From: Candidatus Firestoneibacteriota bacterium
GTDB lineage: Bacteria; Oederibacteriota; D2-FULL-39-29; JBDRBU01
Assembly (NCBI GenBank): GCA_043822305.1
Contig: JBDRBU010000050.1
Location: 1 to 51,073 of the forward strand
Length of the DNA: 51,073 nucleotides
Direction of reading: 5' to 3'
In this document: in pieces, positions 46,575 through 51,073 of the stretch
Position numbering within the stretch: position 1 is the stretch's first letter
Layout of the letters: every line of letters begins with the position of its first letter
The notes under the pieces: model-generated
Told to the model about the DNA's origin: nothing
What the model saw: only the letters and a program-made list of their open reading frames with translations
Database searches by the model: none
Made by a program: the position numbers and the translations under genes

Positions 46575-47598
46575 CTTTTATTTTTGATATTACCATCTCT
46601 ACTGAAATTTTATCCATACAATTATAGTGCTTACACTTTTCGTATTTACATTTTTTACAACTTAATCCTTCTGGTTGCAAGATAACACTTTTATTTCCCC
46701 ATGGTCCCCACCTTTTGGGCTGAAGTACAAAAATCGGACAAAAAAATGAAATCGTTGGCACATTCACGGCGGCAGCAATATGCATGGTTCCCGTATTGCC
46801 GCTTATATACAAACTTAAACTACTTATAACAGATGTAACCTGTCTTATATCAGTACTGCCTCTTAAAATCACGGGCTGACAAGATAAATTTTTTAGAATT
46901 GCACAAGTAATATCTTCCTCTCCCCTACCTTCCAAAAGAATTACCTGCATATTAAAATTCTTATAAATCTCGTCTATTAATTTTGCATAATTACTAAAAC
47001 TCCAGTTTAAAGCAGAAACACTTCTTCCTGGATGAATTCCTATAACAGGTTTACTAATATCAATTTTATTTTCTTCAAAAAACTTTCCAACAAATTTTTT
47101 ATCTTCTTCATTCAACCATATTTTAATTGTTTTATCTTTAATAGGTATATCTAACGGTTTTAAAAGCTCTAAATTATACTCAAGTTCATGCTTTTCCACC
47201 TTGCTTCTATGAAAATACACTCTTTTATTAAATAAAAAAGAGTACCATCTATATCCAACTCCTATTCTAACCGTAACCCTTGCTAAAAATATTGCAAGAG
47301 CAATTTTAAAAGTTGGAAATACAATTATGGCCTTATCAAACTTATAACCTTTTATCAAATTTACTAATCTAAAGAGCCCTTTCATTCCTTTATGTTTATC
47401 TAATGGGTCGTAAAAAATTATCTCGTTTAAATCTGGATTCCCTTCTAACACTTTTTTTGCATACTCCCTTGTTAGAAATCCAATAAAAGCATCTTTATAA
47501 GCCAACCTTATATTGGTCATTACAGGTAATGCAAGTAGGACATCGCCTATTTTATCGGTTCTTACTATAAGAAATCTTTTAGGTTGTAAGGAATTCAT
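46546..47598 (-). CDS. Glycosyltransferase family 9 (LPS heptosyltransferase-like)
   Basis: RTDKIGDV, IHPG....NW, NTGTMHIAAA, RWGP. Confidence 0.9.
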   Translation of the reverse strand: MNSLQPKRFLIVRTDKIGDVLLALPVMTNIRLAYKDAFIGFLTREYAKKVLEGNPDLNEIIFYDPLDKHKGMKGLFRLVNLIKGYKFDKAIIVFPTFKIALAIFLARVTVRIGVGYRWYSFLFNKRVYFHRSKVEKHELEYNLELLKPLDIPIKDKTIKIWLNEEDKKFVGKFFEENKIDISKPVIGIHPGRSVSALNWSFSNYAKLIDEIYKNFNMQVILLEGRGEEDITCAILKNLSCQPVILRGSTDIRQVTSVISSLSLYISGNTGTMHIAAAVNVPTISFFCPIFVLQPKRWGPWGNKSVILQPEGLSCKKCKYEKCKHYNCMDKISVEMVISKIKEGQPPNPLY

Positions 47599-47697
47599 AA
47601 TATAGTCAATTTATATTAAAATATATCTTTTTGGTTTTTGTATAATTTATTATATCATAACCATTGCAAAAATACACTTAAAAATACTGCTTATAAG

Positions 47698-47814
47698 TAA
47701 TGGGCCAGTCAATGTAGTCGCAAGATTTATCTTGCGGAAATTATTGTTTAAATTACATTTTTCGCAGGCTGAAGCCTGCGGATACCAAACCATGCACCTT
47801 TCACTGACCCATTA
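47698..47814. mobile_element. 117-bp MITE/REPIN-like element
   Basis: 15-bp terminal inverted repeats (TAATGGGCCAGTCAA / TTCACTGACCCATTA, 13/15) enclosing inverted REP hairpins at 47714-47736 and 47763-47785. Confidence 0.6.
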
Positions 47815-47833
47815 AAAAAACTTTAAAAATCTA

Positions 47834-47863
47834 TTGTCAAAAACTGTTTATTTTTGGTATAAT
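47834..47863 (+). promoter_or_regulatory. sigma70 promoter for the tRNA
   Basis: TTGTCA (47834-47839), 18 nt, TGG-TATAAT (47858-47863). Confidence 0.65.
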
Positions 47864-47873
47864 TATTCTATAA

Positions 47874-47946
47874 GGCGGCGTAGCTCAGTTGGTAGAGCAC
47901 GGGAATCATAATCCCTTGGTCGTGGGTTCGAGTCCCTCCGCCGCTA
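47874..47946 (+). tRNA. tRNA-Met (CAT), probably elongator; CCA not encoded
   Basis: GGCGGCG/CGCCGCT acceptor stem, D arm GCTCAGTTGGTAGAGC, anticodon loop ATCATAA, TTCGAGT T-loop, discriminator A. Confidence 0.93.
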
Positions 47947-47967
47947 CTTATATCAAAATACAAAATT

Positions 47968-48888
47968 ATGAAAAAAATTCTATCTATTGGCTTAAATAAT
48001 GTATTACAAAAAGTTTTAGTATTTAAAGATATAAAGTACGGTGAAGTAAATCGTGCGAAATCGCTTTATGAGTCTGCAAGTGGAAAAGGCATCAATGTTG
48101 CTAGAGCATTAAATATACTTGGGGCTAATGTTATGGGAACAGGATTTATTGGGGGTAATTCAGGTAAATTAATTCTTAATTATTTAAATAAAGAAAAAAT
48201 AAAATCGGATTTTGTTATGACAGAGTCAAACACTCGAGCCTGTATAACTTTACTTGATTTAGAAAGACATACATCCACAGAACTTATTGAGCCATCAAAT
48301 CGAATTAAAAAATCTGAAATTTCAAATTTTATGAAAAAATTAAAAGTTTTACTTAAAAAAACAAATAGGCTGACTATATCTGGAACCTTACCTAAGGGTG
48401 TCCCTGATGAGATGTACTTTAATATTATAAAAATCGCCAATAAACTCGGCGTATTATCATTTGTAGATATATGGGGAAGTCCAGGCTTAAAAGCAATCAA
48501 GGCTAATCCTTTTTTGTTAAAGATGAATATAGAAGAATTTAAGAAAACATTTAAGACAAATAATGTCCGATTAAAAATTTCAGAACTTCTTAAGACTGGA
48601 ATAAAATGGGTTGTAGTCACTTCAGGTAAAGATGGCTCTATAATTGCTTCGGGCAATAACATTTATAAAGCAGTAGCTCCAAAGGTTAAACCAATTAATG
48701 CCATAGGTGCTGGAGATGCTTTCTTGGCGGGATTTTTATATGCTCTGAGTAAAAATTATGATAAAATAGATATTATAAAATTTGCTACAGCCACAGGTAC
48801 GGCTAGTGCTTTAAAGATTGCTCCGGCTGATTGTAATAAAAAAGATATAGAAAAATTATTTAAAAAAGTGAGGATTAAAATCCAATGA
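47968..48888 (+). CDS. 1-phosphofructokinase-family (PfkB) hexose kinase
   Basis: GKGINVARAL, GFIGG, SGTLPKG, IGAGDAFLAG. Confidence 0.88.
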   Translation: MKKILSIGLNNVLQKVLVFKDIKYGEVNRAKSLYESASGKGINVARALNILGANVMGTGFIGGNSGKLILNYLNKEKIKSDFVMTESNTRACITLLDLERHTSTELIEPSNRIKKSEISNFMKKLKVLLKKTNRLTISGTLPKGVPDEMYFNIIKIANKLGVLSFVDIWGSPGLKAIKANPFLLKMNIEEFKKTFKTNNVRLKISELLKTGIKWVVVTSGKDGSIIASGNNIYKAVAPKVKPINAIGAGDAFLAGFLYALSKNYDKIDIIKFATATGTASALKIAPADCNKKDIEKLFKKVRIKIQ

Positions 48889-49757
48889 GTACTTTAAAGT
48901 ATATTTTCATAAGTTTAAGACCAAAACAGTGGATAAAGAATATTTTAATTTTCGCAGCCTTGATATTCTCGCAGAATATTCTTAATTTACATTCTCTCGT
49001 TTTAAGCATGTTGGGTTTTATATTTTTTAGTATTACTTCCGGTAGTGTTTATATCCTGAATGATATTATAGACTATAAAAAAGACAAACTTCACCCTCAA
49101 AAGAATAAAAGACCCATAGCCTCAAATCAACTTTCTCGTGAAGTAGCCTTTGTAACATTTATCATCTTCACCTTAATCGGTTTACTATTTTCATTTTCTC
49201 TGGGGTTCACTTTTGGATTAGTAGTTTTATCATATCTTATTCTTCAAATTATATATTCATTACTGTTAAAAAATGTAGCCATATTAGATATTTTTGTAAT
49301 TGCCTTTGGTTTTGTCCTTAGAGTTGTTGCCGGTGCAGAACTAATTTCCGTGCCAATTTCCTCCTGGTTATTAATATGTACTATGTTTCTCTCGCTATTT
49401 TTAGCCTTAGGAAAACGAAGATTTGAACTAACAACATTAGATAAAATAGCCACAACGCATAGAGAGAGTTTAAAGGAATATAGCATAATTTTATTAGATC
49501 AGATGATTACTGTTGTAACTTCATCAACAGTAGTGGCCTACGCCTTATACGCATTATCCCCTGAAACTATTAGTAAGTTTAATACGACCAATCTGAAATA
49601 CTCAATACCATTTGTTTTATATGGTATATTTAGATATCTTTATTTAATATATCAGAAAGAAAGCGGTGGAAGTCCAGAAGAAATCTTACTTACTGATCTA
49701 CCGTTGATTATTAATATAATACTGTATGCTGTTACGGTCTGGTTGATTTTATACTAA
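48885..49757 (+). CDS. Decaprenyl-phosphate phosphoribosyltransferase-like (UbiA family)
   Basis: LRPKQWIKN, YILNDIID...D..HP.K..RPIAS, GFVLRV, KRR.EL, FRYLYL. Confidence 0.88.
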   Translation: MSTLKYIFISLRPKQWIKNILIFAALIFSQNILNLHSLVLSMLGFIFFSITSGSVYILNDIIDYKKDKLHPQKNKRPIASNQLSREVAFVTFIIFTLIGLLFSFSLGFTFGLVVLSYLILQIIYSLLLKNVAILDIFVIAFGFVLRVVAGAELISVPISSWLLICTMFLSLFLALGKRRFELTTLDKIATTHRESLKEYSIILLDQMITVVTSSTVVAYALYALSPETISKFNTTNLKYSIPFVLYGIFRYLYLIYQKESGGSPEEILLTDLPLIINIILYAVTVWLILY

Positions 49758-49792
49758 AGGACAACCCCCTAACCCCTATTAAAGGGGAATTA
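49757..49792 (+). repeat. Family C repeat, copy 3 (shortened stem)
   Basis: AAGGACAACCCCCTAACCCCTATTAAAGGGGAATTA. Confidence 0.8.
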
Positions 49793-49797
49793 AAACT

Positions 49798-50877
49798 ATG
49801 AAATCAAAAGTTGCAGTTTTAAAAACGAAGCCCGAATCTGTACTACAAGACATAAAAAGATTAATGCAATTAGCTGATTTTGACAAAGTATTAGACAAAA
49901 ATAAAGTAACCATACTAAAAGATAATATCTCGTGGCATTTTCCATTTTTAAGTAGTAATACAACACCATGGCAATTAGAGGGAGTGATCCTTGCCTTAAA
50001 AGAAGCTGGTTTTAAAGATATTGTCGCCGTTCATAATAACACTGTTGTCACAAATCCATATAAAGGTGGAAAATTAAATAAATTAGATCCAATCTATAAA
50101 AAATATAATGTAGAAGAAAAATATAATTTTAAACCAAAGGATATAAAATGGATTAAATATACTCCAAAGACGAAAATGCTTGTTTTAAATAAAATATACC
50201 CGGAAGGCATAAAAATTCCTGAATTTTTTTTAAATAAAAATATCATACATCTCCCAACAGTAAAAACACATATCTATACAACAACGACAGGTGCCATGAA
50301 GAATGCTTTTGGAGGATTACTAAATACAAGGCGACATTACGCACACAGTTATATACATGAAACTTTAGTCGATTTACTTGCTATTCAAAAAGAAATTCAT
50401 AGTGGAATTTTTGCCGTAATGGATGGAACAATATGCGGGTCTGGTCCTGGTCCAAGAACAATGATACCATATGAAAAAGATTATATTCTTGCAAGTTCAG
50501 ATAGTGTCGCCATAGATTCTGTATCTGCAAAAATTATGGGGTTTAATCCGATGGAAATATCCTATATTAACCTTGCAAATGATCTAAAACTCGGTAATGC
50601 CGATCTAATCAATATCGAGATAATTGGCGAGAATATCTCAAATGTTAACTTCAATTTTAAAGTTGGAAATAACATTCCAAGTCATATCGGTCATACTTTA
50701 TGGTTTGGACCTCTTAAAAAAATTCAAAAATTATTCTTTAGAACTCCATTAGTTTATCTTTTTGTTTTTAGCTCATTTTTTTATCACGATTTTATATGGT
50801 GGCCGCTCATCGGTAAAAAAATACAGAAAGAAATGGCTTTCAACACCAAGTGGGGAAAATTATTCCAAAAATATTAA
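49798..50877 (+). CDS. DUF362-family protein
   Basis: LKDNISW, TTPWQLEGV, LPTVKTH..T..TGAMKN.FG, D.VAID. Confidence 0.8.
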   Translation: MKSKVAVLKTKPESVLQDIKRLMQLADFDKVLDKNKVTILKDNISWHFPFLSSNTTPWQLEGVILALKEAGFKDIVAVHNNTVVTNPYKGGKLNKLDPIYKKYNVEEKYNFKPKDIKWIKYTPKTKMLVLNKIYPEGIKIPEFFLNKNIIHLPTVKTHIYTTTTGAMKNAFGGLLNTRRHYAHSYIHETLVDLLAIQKEIHSGIFAVMDGTICGSGPGPRTMIPYEKDYILASSDSVAIDSVSAKIMGFNPMEISYINLANDLKLGNADLINIEIIGENISNVNFNFKVGNNIPSHIGHTLWFGPLKKIQKLFFRTPLVYLFVFSSFFYHDFIWWPLIGKKIQKEMAFNTKWGKLFQKY

Positions 50878-50934
50878 TGAGATTAATATACAATGAATTG
50901 AAAGCAAAAAAAGGGGGCTGAGAAAAGGGGGGCT

Positions 50935-51073
50935 GGGAACCTTCAATCTTCTAATGCAACACTAAATCTTGTATAATAAAGTACAAGAAGGAGGTTGCAT
51001 ATGAAGAACTATAAACGAATAAATATTAATGAACGAGAAGAACTCAGCCGCAATTTAGCAAAAGGATATAGCT
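50935..51073 (+). mobile_element. Left end of an IS30-family element; transposase N-terminus from 51001, truncated by the window edge
   Basis: GGAGG RBS then MKNYKRININEREELSRNLAKGYS (IS30 N-terminal HTH pattern); upstream AATGCAACAC IR-like motif. Confidence 0.65.

Noticed and set aside
47874..47946. tRNA-Ile2 or initiator tRNA identity; tRNA as an island integration site
   Set aside because: The paired G1-T72 and GGCGGCG acceptor fit an elongator Met better; no duplicated tRNA 3' end or integrase was found in the window.

Overview
AT-rich chromosomal window from a diderm bacterium (LptE, ADP-heptose/GT9 LPS genes), mostly minus-strand operons. Housekeeping content includes serA, a lipoyl ligase, gcvH/PA/PB, pyrE, ogt, murJ, rpsT, holA, lptE, leuS, gmhA, rfaE1/E2 and tRNA-Met. 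The most striking locus is 14984-26405. A leftward operon encodes an ExeA-type AAA ATPase, a single polypeptide fusing a FliF-like ring domain, a TM helix, FliG middle/C domains and a TPR, and a 1198-aa coiled-coil protein. It is transcribed divergently from a minimal cheW-cheY-cheA-MCP-cheC operon. The FliG part has lost its canonical FliM-binding and stator-facing basic residues, CheC lacks both catalytic Asn residues, and no other flagellar genes are in the window. This suggests a repurposed, possibly non-flagellar chemosensory output machine. Other points are a poly-G15 tract inside a consensus promoter, a ~3-kb cassette bounded by a duplicated rfaE1 5' end, several leaderless genes, three families of REP-like palindromes, a 117-bp MITE-like element, pseudogenes and the left end of an IS30. 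All protein assignments come from motif recognition by eye; no database searches were run.
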